DNA of 59,400 nucleotides from NCBI GenBank assembly GCA_046731855.1, contig JBKPLX010000168.1, positions 1 through 59,400 on the forward strand, in the 5' to 3' direction. The notes beneath the pieces were generated by a model. It made no database searches, was not told the origin of the DNA, and saw only the letters and a list, made by a program, of their open reading frames with translations. Made by a program: the position numbers and the translations under genes. Below, piece after piece: positions 18,459 through 27,267 of the stretch. The stretch is from Verrucomicrobiota bacterium. GTDB lineage: Bacteria; Verrucomicrobiota; Verrucomicrobiia; Chthoniobacterales; UBA10450. Position 1 is the stretch's first letter. Every line of letters starts with the position of its first letter.

Positions 18459-18552
18459 TGGCGGACAGGGGAAGGATTCGAACCTCCGATACGACTTGCG
18501 TCGTATAGCAACCCTTGCGGGCTGCTGCCTTAGGCCACTCAGCCACCTGTCC
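18459..18552 (-). tRNA. tRNA-like RNA with a class II (Ser-type) body and a non-canonical anticodon arm
   Basis: Minus strand: GGACAGGTGGCTGAGTGGCCTAAGGCAGCAGCCCGCAAGGGTTGCTATACGACGCAAGTCGTATCGGAGGTTCGAATCCTTCCCCTGTCCGCCA. The 7-bp acceptor stem is perfect, with G73 and an encoded CCA. The D loop carries GG and the T arm is GGAGG-TTCGAAT-CCTTC. The variable arm has a 7-bp stem capped by GCAA. The anticodon arm folds as an 8-bp helix with a GCAA tetraloop, or as 5 bp plus the 8-nt loop CCGCAAGG, and lacks U33. One extra C lies between the T stem and the acceptor strand. Confidence 0.6.
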
Positions 18553-18560
18553 TAAACTTT

Positions 18561-20000
18561 TTATTTTACGCAGCCTGCGCGAGCTTCTGCAACATATTTG
18601 CGTCCGGCTGAATAATTTGAATGCGACAGCATCTTTGGGGGCAATAGATCGGGCTTCGGACCTTGCCGCACGACCCAATGCAGGACCCGAGTAACAGCTT
18701 CCGCCTTGGCGTCCCAAGTTAGGCATTTTCGTACGTAAGCCATTCCTTGTCGCCGTAGCTGCTCGAGCCGACTCCGATTGTGGGTCAGTTCCGTCAGAAT
18801 CGTTTCCATTTGCGCCACGATATCATTCTCAGTTGTAAGAGCGACCTTGTACCCTACCTCCGGATGGACGATATCTCCGGGGCCGCCGAAGTCCGCGACC
18901 ACGGGTACGGCACCGGTGCCGAGAGCTTCGAAAACTACGCCCGCACCATTGTCGCGAAGAGATGGAAACACCAGTACGTCAGCAGAGCGAAGATGTTTGA
19001 GGACTTCCGCGTGGCTAAGCCAGCCGCAGAAGAGAACAGTCTTCTCGATCCCAAGGGACCTCGCAAGGTGCCCGAGGCGGTCCCGCTCTGGACCATCGCC
19101 AATCACGGTAAACCGGGCCAAATCGCTTCGCAAAAGGGGCGCCGCTGCGCGCAAAGCAAGATCACAAGCCTTACGGGGAACCAAGCCGCCAACGAAGATC
19201 AGCTCAAGTTTGGCCCCAGGTTCTGGATTACGCGAATCACCATAACACAAAGAGCGAGCGATCCCTGGCTCCGGGACAAAAAACAGTTTGTCGCTATACT
19301 CAACAAATTCGGAATACGTTTGGGACGAAGCAACGATGATGGCTTCCGCGTGACGATAGGTGGAGCGAGAAAAAGGCAGATAACGATACAGATTCCGCAG
19401 GCTGGAGATCCATTCCTTTTGGTTCTCGAGCTGGCTAAAGCCGGGCGGCCAGGGCAAACCACCATTGAGCGGACCGATCACAAAGGGTATAGGTCCCTTG
19501 CGTAGGAAGAAAGCAAAAGGACTCGGCAGGACAGGTGTCATCGGCAAGACACGCAGAACGACATCGAATTCACCCGCAAAGATGCGGCGCCGCAACTGTC
19601 GCCAGGCAGCCCATTCAAACGCAAGTGAAAACGGATAGCTGAAAGCGGTCAATACCTGGGTGTCGAAGTTGTATTTGAAGATCCTGCGCAAACTCCAGGC
19701 AAAGATACGCTCGACCAATGTCATCCGTACCACCTCGATGGTGCGAAATGGCCCCTTTGCACGGCGCACACGCTCCTCACTTGGCGATCCAACAACCAGG
19801 GCGACATCATGGAGTTGGGCGAGCGCTGCCGCATGAGAGTAAGTAACATAAGGCATGCTCACGCCTTCTGGATCGCAGTACGGTCCTAATACCAAAATGC
19901 GTAGTCGTCTCATGGATTGTCCTCGTGAAAAAGGTGTTTTCTCACGCCCAGATTCAAGAGGGTATATCCCATTGAAAGATTTGTTGAAATTCAGGTTCAA
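18561..20000 (-). CDS. Glycosyltransferase family 4 (GT-B)
   Basis: 479-aa ORF. RILVLGPYCDP, FVGGLVPRK and VFPSLRDNGAGVVFEALGTGAVPVVADFGGPGDIV are typical GT4 features. An alternative start at 19913 (MRRLRILVLGP) is possible. Confidence 0.75.
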   Translation of the reverse strand: MNLNFNKSFNGIYPLESGREKTPFSRGQSMRRLRILVLGPYCDPEGVSMPYVTYSHAAALAQLHDVALVVGSPSEERVRRAKGPFRTIEVVRMTLVERIFAWSLRRIFKYNFDTQVLTAFSYPFSLAFEWAAWRQLRRRIFAGEFDVVLRVLPMTPVLPSPFAFFLRKGPIPFVIGPLNGGLPWPPGFSQLENQKEWISSLRNLYRYLPFSRSTYRHAEAIIVASSQTYSEFVEYSDKLFFVPEPGIARSLCYGDSRNPEPGAKLELIFVGGLVPRKACDLALRAAAPLLRSDLARFTVIGDGPERDRLGHLARSLGIEKTVLFCGWLSHAEVLKHLRSADVLVFPSLRDNGAGVVFEALGTGAVPVVADFGGPGDIVHPEVGYKVALTTENDIVAQMETILTELTHNRSRLEQLRRQGMAYVRKCLTWDAKAEAVTRVLHWVVRQGPKPDLLPPKMLSHSNYSAGRKYVAEARAGCVK

Positions 20001-20006
20001 AATCTC

Positions 20007-21125
20007 TCAGGCGTAAGTTCGCTTTCTCGCTTTTTCGGCCCCCTGCGGCCGCGATGACAATTCCGGACTCGAAGGAATCCGACCTTGTCGAAACAGGGAC
20101 TGGTGCACACGTTTCATAAACCATGCAATGTCAGCAAAGAGGGCCATCGGCAGACCAGTGAGCGCCGGGTGCTGCATTGCTAACAATCGGAGGATTGAGC
20201 TCAGCTTGTAATGTGCGCGCATCCAGCTCGTGTCACATCCCAATTCCTCCTTGAATTTAACAGAAGATAAAGTGTACGGTGAAACATCGAGATATACCAT
20301 CTTCAAATACTCTCCTAGCCGATTGGGCTGCTCAGGTTTCCAACTCGTCACCCACGGCTTGCCGCCAATAGAATGAATGAATGCTGGACCATCTCCGAGC
20401 ATGTTCCGAGTGCGCTCCGCTGTCGTGTAGCCCCATACACCGTCAAACTGGACGATATCTTTACCCCTGCGAAGTATTTTTAACGGAATCTGCGCGAATT
20501 CGGTAGAAGTCAGTAATGCGATCAATACATCTTGATCGCCCCACATGTGAATGGGTCTTTCACGCCACTCCTTTTGCTGGCAGCTTTGATATGCGTCGGA
20601 TTGTAGCAGCTCCCACCATCGTTCCATCAAGGAATAATGCTGTCTTGTCGCTCGGATCACGCCAGAATTGAGGCCAGTCGGGAGAACGCGGCCGACCGAA
20701 AGCTGCCATGACTGTGCGCGAAGCCCGGCTCCATCGTCATCTTCGAGGTCCGGCGCAAGGATTTGCTCTGCGGCCACAAAAACCGCCTCGTCGAGGGCAT
20801 GGAAAAGGGGACGAATGTCCCTGGTGACAATCACATCCGAATCGATCCAGATAACCTCGTCGAAGCCAGTATCGAGCAATTGCATAATAGCTTCAGGCTT
20901 TACGTTCCAGCCGTAACCCTTCTTCAGTCGATTAGCCTGCAGCTGTACTTGCGGGTACGCACTTAACCATCGAAGAAAGGCTTGGTTGGCATTAGGATAG
21001 AACAGGTTGATCGCCATACCGGGGCAATGAAGGTTGAGGCTCGCCAAGAGCAGCTTGAGACAAGGCTCGAATGCCTCCCGGTCCTCTGCGACGCAAACAG
21101 TCGATTTTAAGACCTGCATAAACAC
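20007..21125 (-). CDS. Putative GT-A fold nucleotide-diphospho-sugar transferase (GT8-like)
   Basis: 372-aa ORF with a DXD-type motif in VIWIDSDVIVTRDI. The N-terminal pattern VCVAEDREAFEPCLKLLLASL is seen in GT8-like proteins. The family call is tentative. Confidence 0.45.
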   Translation of the reverse strand: MFMQVLKSTVCVAEDREAFEPCLKLLLASLNLHCPGMAINLFYPNANQAFLRWLSAYPQVQLQANRLKKGYGWNVKPEAIMQLLDTGFDEVIWIDSDVIVTRDIRPLFHALDEAVFVAAEQILAPDLEDDDGAGLRAQSWQLSVGRVLPTGLNSGVIRATRQHYSLMERWWELLQSDAYQSCQQKEWRERPIHMWGDQDVLIALLTSTEFAQIPLKILRRGKDIVQFDGVWGYTTAERTRNMLGDGPAFIHSIGGKPWVTSWKPEQPNRLGEYLKMVYLDVSPYTLSSVKFKEELGCDTSWMRAHYKLSSILRLLAMQHPALTGLPMALFADIAWFMKRVHQSLFRQGRIPSSPELSSRPQGAEKARKRTYA

Positions 21126-21137
21126 AACTGCGGACTC

Positions 21138-22166
21138 CTACCTGCTATTCAACTGGTGCCAGAATTTTCGCAACTTCTTCAAAGGCCTTTTGAACCGATT
21201 CGGAAGCGCGGCCTTCCAACCTCGGTGAAGACCCAGCTTCAAAGCCAGTTTTCCTTTACTAGTTAGAGGCACGTAGTACCTGGGAAGATCAAATTTTTGA
21301 AAACCATTGCTTCGTTTGAAATCACCAAGGCTGTCGTCAAGCCAGAGCGCATACACAAGATATGGCACGCCTTTCTCCGCACAACGTTCCACTGCTTTGG
21401 CCAAAAGCGCATTATTCGGCGCTAGATCGCGATGGGCTATCTTTGAGATGATCTGGCCCAGGTAGGCGTAATTTTCGGCATAGGCAAGCATGGTGAAACC
21501 TATCAGTTCTTCGCCGAGATACGCACCGAAAATCTCCTCCCTGAACAAAAACCGGCTGAACTGGCGTTTTACCGTTTCAAAGTCTTTTCCATAGTGTAGG
21601 TAAGATCGCCCTTGCCGGATGGGAGTTTCGTTGAAAATCGACGTAATTCCCCGTACGAAGTTATCATCAAACGTAGCCGGCTTCACTATGACGCCATTCT
21701 TTTGAGCTTTCCGGATCTTGTTTCGGGCTTTTCGTTCGATTTGTTTCTCCCACCAAAAAGAATAGCTCTTAATAGGAAGCGCCGCGATCGAATCCAGCTC
21801 CATCGGATAGGAGTATTTGGGTTCTGTGTCCGGCAGACGTTGCCAGAAGGTCAGGATGTCAGCCTGATGCTTGCTCTTTCTAAGCGCATCAATCAGCACT
21901 TCAGGGTTCTCCACATCCTCGAACCACTCTTGCTGAAACCAGGGATCCAGCTTCGCGATCCGCGGAATTTTGCCCTCAATTAGAATAGTTTTACCATTAA
22001 TCTCCATTCTCGTGCCAAGAGTATTGTGAATTGACATGCCGTTTCTCCTCGTTCTGTCGAAGACGGGAATGATTTGAACCCCGAGATGGGGCTGTTCAGT
22101 GCGTGGGTGTCCCTGCCTCATAAGAGATTTCGCACCCATTTGCTGGAATTGGTCCATTTGCAGCAA
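21138..22166 (-). CDS. FemAB/BioF2-like GNAT (Acetyltransf_6-type) protein
   Basis: 342-aa ORF. RKARNKIRKAQKNGVIV...FDDNFVRGITSIFNETPIRQG...IFGAYLGEELIGFTMLAYAENYAYLGQ matches the FemAB-like GNAT layout. The real start may be an internal Met (MSIHNTL or MEINGK). It lies 7 nt downstream of the AsnB stop. Confidence 0.55.
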   Translation of the reverse strand: MLQMDQFQQMGAKSLMRQGHPRTEQPHLGVQIIPVFDRTRRNGMSIHNTLGTRMEINGKTILIEGKIPRIAKLDPWFQQEWFEDVENPEVLIDALRKSKHQADILTFWQRLPDTEPKYSYPMELDSIAALPIKSYSFWWEKQIERKARNKIRKAQKNGVIVKPATFDDNFVRGITSIFNETPIRQGRSYLHYGKDFETVKRQFSRFLFREEIFGAYLGEELIGFTMLAYAENYAYLGQIISKIAHRDLAPNNALLAKAVERCAEKGVPYLVYALWLDDSLGDFKRSNGFQKFDLPRYYVPLTSKGKLALKLGLHRGWKAALPNRFKRPLKKLRKFWHQLNSR

Positions 22167-22173
22167 TAAGTGA

Positions 22174-24084
22174 TCACACAGCTAATGAATTGACCTGCGA
22201 GCTCTGTCTTTGGTTCAGATGAGCTGCGCGCAACCATTGCTCAACCATCACTAGGCTGAACAGAAGCTTGTGGTTATCGTGGCGGCCGGCCTGGTGACCG
22301 TCGAGCAGTCTTCGCACCGGCTTAGGATTAAGTAGAGCAAACATAAGAGAGCTTTCATCCAGGAGCACATTCTGAAGCGTTCCATTGAGCGACGAATGAA
22401 ACCATTCGTCGACCACGTTGGAAGCAAAACCGCGTTTTTTGCGTTTGAGAATGCGTGACGGGAGATAATTTTGGCAGACCTGTCTGTGAAGCCACTTACG
22501 CGTTCCGTTACGGATTTTTAGATCCGCTCCGAGCCGTTGCACGTACTCAACAACAGCGCGATCCAGGTACGGCACGCGGACTTCGAGACTGTGCGCCATG
22601 GAAAGCTTGTCCGCGTACATGAGCAGTTCGTCGGGCAAGGAGGAGCGGACCTCAAGCAGCTGAAAACTCCCCAGTTCGTCGGTATGCTTCATTTGCGGCA
22701 GCAATTCACGCCAATAATCGAGTAATTCGTGGCCGTTCCTCTGAGGAAGAATGTCGTCGCGAAAGAGACCATCTATCATATCTGCTGGTGCCAGCGAAAA
22801 AACGTCTTGATAGCGCTTTAGTCTATCCGTGCTTCCGAGCGAACGAACGCCACGCTTTAACATTTCGTTGCGCGGCAATCGGTTCACGGCGAAGCCGGCC
22901 ATCGATCGAAGAGGTGCTGGCAGCCCGCGCCACCAATTTCCGTAGTGAATACCCAGGTGCCGCTTGTAGCCGCCAAAGAGTTCATCCGGGCCCTGACCAA
23001 TCAAGGCGACTTTTACATCCTGCCGCGCGCGCTGAGAGATGAAGTACATCGGAACGATCGACGATGTCGCAATAGGTTCTTCCAGACATTCCACGATTTT
23101 CGGGAGCGAGCGTTCAAACTCAGTCTGGTCAAGTCTTACACTTATATGCCGCGCGCCTAAAAGGGAGGCAGTCTCCGCGGCGTCGGTTAGTTCGTCGTCT
23201 TGGAAGCTCTCGCCATAGCCTATCGTGTATGCCGGCCAGGGTCCGCCTTGTTCGTTCATTAAGGCCAGCAGCAGGCCCGAGTCAAGGCCGCCGCTTAGAA
23301 GTACTCCGACCGGCACGTCACTGAGCAGATGACGCTTGACCGCACCTCTGTACAACTCGAGCAGTTCGCCGACGGCTTCTTCCTTTTTCTTGCGAGTAGG
23401 AAAAGGAGTCGGGATGAACTTGTACCAACGTTCCTCGCGACATTGGCCTTTCTCCACAACTAGCATCGTCCCAGGCGCCAGCTTGCGAATACCCTGAAAT
23501 ATCGTCAACGGAGAAGGCGTATAGCGGAAACGGAGAAACAGATTCAACGCGATAGGATCGACATCTGGGCGTGAGTTTTGCGCAGCAAGAATTGGACGGA
23601 TTTCGGAACCGAAAGTTAAGGTTCCATTGTCGATCTTGTAATAGATGAGCTTGATGCCCATGGCGTCCCGTGCCACGACCAGGCGCTGGTTATGCACATC
23701 CCAAATAGCCACACCAAACATGCCATTGAGACGATTGAAAACCTGAGTCCCCCATTGTTTGTAGCCGTGAACGATCACTTCGGTGTCGGAATTGGTCCTA
23801 AACTGATGGCCCCTAGCCCGCAGCTGCGTTCGCAGTTCTTGGTAATTGTAAATCTCGCCATTAAAGATTACCCACACAGCTTCTTCCGCGTCCGACATCG
23901 GCTGATGGCCACCGGTGAGATCGATGATCGATAGTCGCCGGAACCCCAAGCCCACTGGACCGGCGACGAAGAAGCCTTCATCATCAGGTCCGCGATGAAC
24001 GATGGAACGCGCCATCCGCACAATCGTCTCGCGTTCCACTGGTTCGCGTCGCTGGAAGTTAAACTGGCCTGCGATGCCGCACAT
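22174..24084 (-). CDS. asnB: Asparagine synthase (glutamine-hydrolysing) family amidotransferase
   Basis: The ORF-track ORF (to 24390) has a 102-aa extension that overlaps the upstream gene. The canonical Ntn start MCGIAGQF is the ATG at 24084, 5 nt after the upstream stop. A PP-loop SGGLDS is present. Confidence 0.85.
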   Translation of the reverse strand: MCGIAGQFNFQRREPVERETIVRMARSIVHRGPDDEGFFVAGPVGLGFRRLSIIDLTGGHQPMSDAEEAVWVIFNGEIYNYQELRTQLRARGHQFRTNSDTEVIVHGYKQWGTQVFNRLNGMFGVAIWDVHNQRLVVARDAMGIKLIYYKIDNGTLTFGSEIRPILAAQNSRPDVDPIALNLFLRFRYTPSPLTIFQGIRKLAPGTMLVVEKGQCREERWYKFIPTPFPTRKKKEEAVGELLELYRGAVKRHLLSDVPVGVLLSGGLDSGLLLALMNEQGGPWPAYTIGYGESFQDDELTDAAETASLLGARHISVRLDQTEFERSLPKIVECLEEPIATSSIVPMYFISQRARQDVKVALIGQGPDELFGGYKRHLGIHYGNWWRGLPAPLRSMAGFAVNRLPRNEMLKRGVRSLGSTDRLKRYQDVFSLAPADMIDGLFRDDILPQRNGHELLDYWRELLPQMKHTDELGSFQLLEVRSSLPDELLMYADKLSMAHSLEVRVPYLDRAVVEYVQRLGADLKIRNGTRKWLHRQVCQNYLPSRILKRKKRGFASNVVDEWFHSSLNGTLQNVLLDESSLMFALLNPKPVRRLLDGHQAGRHDNHKLLFSLVMVEQWLRAAHLNQRQSSQVNSLAV

Positions 24085-24089
24085 TCCGG

Positions 24090-25379
24090 TTATAGAGGTT
24101 GAGAGGCGAGGGACAAGAGTTGATCTTCCCAGGCATTCTTTGCGGGCGTCCTGTCGTTCGTCACTCGACGCGATTCGTACAGATAAAACGCGAGGCTTCG
24201 GAACATCTGTGCTTGGCCCCAGCGATGCATGGGAACGTTGTCCCAACCGAAACGAAGTTTCCGGGAGCGGAACGATCCGTCGCGCTTGACCCAGGCACCC
24301 AAAACGTGAGTGACGACCTTCTCCAGGGTTGCCTCCAGTTGAGGGAAACGATTGCGCAAAAGCAGACAGAGGTTGATGCACTCCGCGCAATCGTAAAGCT
24401 CGCGCTTGTAAACGGTCAGGCGGGGAGCGCGTGAGAACGGCTTGGGCAGACCGTCCGAGTCAAAGAGATTATTCAGGTAATAACTGACGCCTTTGGTCAA
24501 TGCTTCACCGACTCCCGGATGGCCGGTTAACAAATGGATCTTGGCCAATGCTTTCATCACGAAACATGTGTGGAAATGATCAATAAAGTCTCGCGCACCA
24601 TCGACCGCATAAAACCAGGAGCCGTCCGCATTTTGATTCTCTAAAACGAAATTCAGATTTCGTTCTGCGATCGTCCAGTAGTCGTTGTTGCAAAAAATCT
24701 TGGAGGCGCTGGTTAGCAGAAAGGCACGATAGGCGGAGGCGTTAACGACTCTTCCTTCATCCCAAGGAGTGTAGGAGCAACTGCTCGCCGTATCCGACGT
24801 TCGGAAATCCTTGATATCGGTTGCGGCGTGGCGCGCAATCGATTCGATTATCCGTTTCCACTCCTCTCGTGGGTGGACTTGGTGCACCTGAAGGAACGCC
24901 TCGTACACATAAGGTGTCGTTGTGATCAGAGGTGTTTGCCGCTTAATCGTGCCTCGGAGCCAGACCCAGTCGAATGGATAACCCCAGCAATATTCCCTGA
25001 ACTGGCTGCACCGCGATCTTTCTAGCTCACTTAGAAAATGAATCGCGTTTTCCAGTTGTGAAGAATCTCCGGTCGCCAGGTAAAGGAAAGCAAAGCCCAT
25101 CGCATAATGAGCATCGGCAATCGGGAATCGCATCGGATGGTGGAATAGACGTCGCCCCGCCGGGAAGAATGCTTCGCAGAAAATCATGGGAGCGACGGCT
25201 GCCGTCCCAATAAGTCTATGGCTATAATAGAGTGCCTTTGCTCGTCCGCCGATCGGTCCAGCAAAAAAGCTCTGATAGTCCCACGATTTTTCACCATAGC
25301 GATCCAGCCACTCGACAAAGTTCGTTAGAACCTCTGAGACCCTGGGCGCCAATAGATCAGATCTCTTTGCTGCTTGCAT
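24090..25379 (-). CDS. Uncharacterised protein, probable alpha/alpha-toroid fold
   Basis: 429-aa ORF that looks helix-rich, with NADGSWFY and W/Y-rich repeats reminiscent of six-hairpin or prenyltransferase-like toroids. No confident family match by eye. Confidence 0.35.
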   Translation of the reverse strand: MQAAKRSDLLAPRVSEVLTNFVEWLDRYGEKSWDYQSFFAGPIGGRAKALYYSHRLIGTAAVAPMIFCEAFFPAGRRLFHHPMRFPIADAHYAMGFAFLYLATGDSSQLENAIHFLSELERSRCSQFREYCWGYPFDWVWLRGTIKRQTPLITTTPYVYEAFLQVHQVHPREEWKRIIESIARHAATDIKDFRTSDTASSCSYTPWDEGRVVNASAYRAFLLTSASKIFCNNDYWTIAERNLNFVLENQNADGSWFYAVDGARDFIDHFHTCFVMKALAKIHLLTGHPGVGEALTKGVSYYLNNLFDSDGLPKPFSRAPRLTVYKRELYDCAECINLCLLLRNRFPQLEATLEKVVTHVLGAWVKRDGSFRSRKLRFGWDNVPMHRWGQAQMFRSLAFYLYESRRVTNDRTPAKNAWEDQLLSLASQPL

Positions 25380-25476
25380 TTTAAATCCTTACCTTATTGA
25401 ACGGTGTACGCTCGATGTTGGGCGCGTATTTTGCCTAAAGTTATTCCCAGGCTGGTCTGATTTACGTATCGATGGT

Positions 25477-27222
25477 TTAACGCGACCCAGCGAATCTGTA
25501 TCTCATTGGCGCAACATAATTGTCACGCATCTCACAAAGGTAACGCCTCAGCATCGTGTTAAACCTGTACGATAAATTGTCTCGGTTGCGTTCCTTCCCC
25601 ACGAAATCGTGAAATTTTATTTTTACGACTCGGCTCTCGCTCGGATTGAGGTCGATTTCAAAGTTGATGTGCTCGTCGACCTGTCTCCAGGCAATCTCCT
25701 GATCATTCGTGCAAATTCGTTGTACCATCGAAGGCTCACATTCTCGCCTTCTAATTAAGAAACGCTTTGGATGGTCAGAGGGATTCTCAATCCGTAGCTC
25801 CGTTCCGTACATCTCCACTTCCACCGCGCCTGTTGAATCTGCCCTTTGACGGCAGCTGTGTCGGACCACGTCGCCCAGGTTACGCCAAGTCGGCGCGCAT
25901 TGTAGCGTATTTACTTGCTGGACAAAGTTAACCAGGCGCGCGTAGTGATCGCTGCAATAATCATGATGGATTACCGCTATCGCGGGTTTCCCCAACAAAG
26001 CGTCGAAAGCAAAGTTTTCAATCCCCTCCCAGGGGTATCTCCTGGTAAAGAGTGGAAAAGTGTAACGCATGACTGCAATGTCCCATACATCGCAGATTGT
26101 GATCGCACGAGGATGCGGATCCGCGCTAACGATGTCGCTATTGACAGACGCAATAAGATTGGTCCGCTTTAGCGCACTCATGGCAGCTTCCGAAAAAACA
26201 CCTTGAGGAAATACCATGACAGGATCGTGAGAAATTCCGGTAATAGCCTCATGACGATCCATACGCTCCAGCGCTTGCCGGGCTTTCCAATAGAGCCGTT
26301 GCTGACCGGGGCTACCAAACTCTGCCCGGGTATGATCGCAACCGTGAACCGAAAGTGAGAAATGCTCGGGGTTTTCTCGGAACAGTCGCACAGTCTCTGG
26401 AGCACTCCTCTTCCAGTTCCATGGGATGAATGCGATATTCGTAGAAAACTTGTGTCGCTTCATCAGGGACAGAAGTTCCTGAAAATCCACAAACCCATGG
26501 GTCGGCTTTAACAGAGGGTCGTCGATAACTAAACAGGCGCTCGCTTCGGGTGCATGCCAGGAGCTCTGAGGAAACGCCCATCTAACGTAGGAAACGAGTG
26601 GGACAGCAGAGAAGAAGTGATCGCGGATATCGAAGTTGAAAGTTGTCAGTTCAGCGTCAATGTCGATCAATCGTTCGGACGAGACGAACACCGGCAGGCC
26701 ATTGCAATTTAACTTCAGGAAGGCAGCCTTATCTCCCCCGGCAATGAGCGGAGTCAGCGACTCTCCATCCGTATGAAAGAAGTCGCCGCTGCCGAGGTGA
26801 GCGGCAGAAGGCTGTATGCGAAGATCGCGCATGGCGCCAAATATGCCGTCAGGCTCATTTGCGATATGCCACTCCGTAACACGCCCTGCTCCTCTGCGAA
26901 TTGAGATGGTCACTCCGGAAAGCTTGCTTACCGCGTTTGCAATCGCGACAGGATCGCCGTTAGAATACAGGAAAACGGAATGGATTTGCCGCGCGAAGGC
27001 GTTGGAGTTGCATGAGACGTTCTGCAGGTCTCCCACCACGCGTGCAAAGGCCTGCACAGAACACACCAGTCTATATTTTTCGGCGGATTTGTTCTCTGGT
27101 AGTCCAAGCTCGGTCGCACGCCGCTTTAGATAACGCACGCCGAAAAAATTGAGCAGCCTTTCGGCCCTCTGGTCATCGGCTGATGGGTAGTCAGCGGTTA
27201 GGAGCAATGCTTTTTCCTGCAT
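25477..27222 (-). CDS. Multidomain protein with a central DUF2334/NodB-like deacetylase-fold domain
   Basis: 581-aa ORF. The central segment reads ACLVIDDPLLKP...IAFIPWNW...SLSVHGCDHTRAEF...VFPQGVFS, a pattern like DUF2334 and CE4-related barrels. The N- and C-terminal domains are unassigned. Confidence 0.4.
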   Translation of the reverse strand: MQEKALLLTADYPSADDQRAERLLNFFGVRYLKRRATELGLPENKSAEKYRLVCSVQAFARVVGDLQNVSCNSNAFARQIHSVFLYSNGDPVAIANAVSKLSGVTISIRRGAGRVTEWHIANEPDGIFGAMRDLRIQPSAAHLGSGDFFHTDGESLTPLIAGGDKAAFLKLNCNGLPVFVSSERLIDIDAELTTFNFDIRDHFFSAVPLVSYVRWAFPQSSWHAPEASACLVIDDPLLKPTHGFVDFQELLSLMKRHKFSTNIAFIPWNWKRSAPETVRLFRENPEHFSLSVHGCDHTRAEFGSPGQQRLYWKARQALERMDRHEAITGISHDPVMVFPQGVFSEAAMSALKRTNLIASVNSDIVSADPHPRAITICDVWDIAVMRYTFPLFTRRYPWEGIENFAFDALLGKPAIAVIHHDYCSDHYARLVNFVQQVNTLQCAPTWRNLGDVVRHSCRQRADSTGAVEVEMYGTELRIENPSDHPKRFLIRRRECEPSMVQRICTNDQEIAWRQVDEHINFEIDLNPSESRVVKIKFHDFVGKERNRDNLSYRFNTMLRRYLCEMRDNYVAPMRYRFAGSR

Positions 27223-27267
27223 CGATTCTGACCTTGGTCCGCGTTGAGCGCTGGAGACAATCAGGGA

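Noticed and set aside
18459-18552. Interpreting the tRNA-like gene as tRNA-Sec, tmRNA, or a standard tRNA-Ser or tRNA-Cys
   Set aside because: - There is no UCA anticodon, and the eighth acceptor pair would be a U-C mismatch, so it is not Sec.
- It is far too short and lacks G3-U70, so it is not tmRNA.
- No 7-nt loop with U33 can be formed. The only triplet reading (GCA, Cys) requires an 8-nt loop on a Ser-type body.
18415-18726. A 103-aa minus-strand ORF spanning the intergenic spacer
   Set aside because: It overlaps the tRNA-like gene and the 3' end of the GT4 gene in another frame. The composition is Arg/Ser/Cys-rich with no recognisable motifs. I treat it as spurious.
22174-24390. The 738-aa ORF-track version of the AsnB gene
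   Set aside because: The first 102 codons overlap the upstream gene's 3' end and look non-native. The family-defining MCGI N-terminus coincides with the ATG at 24084, so the CDS was shortened to 22174..24084.
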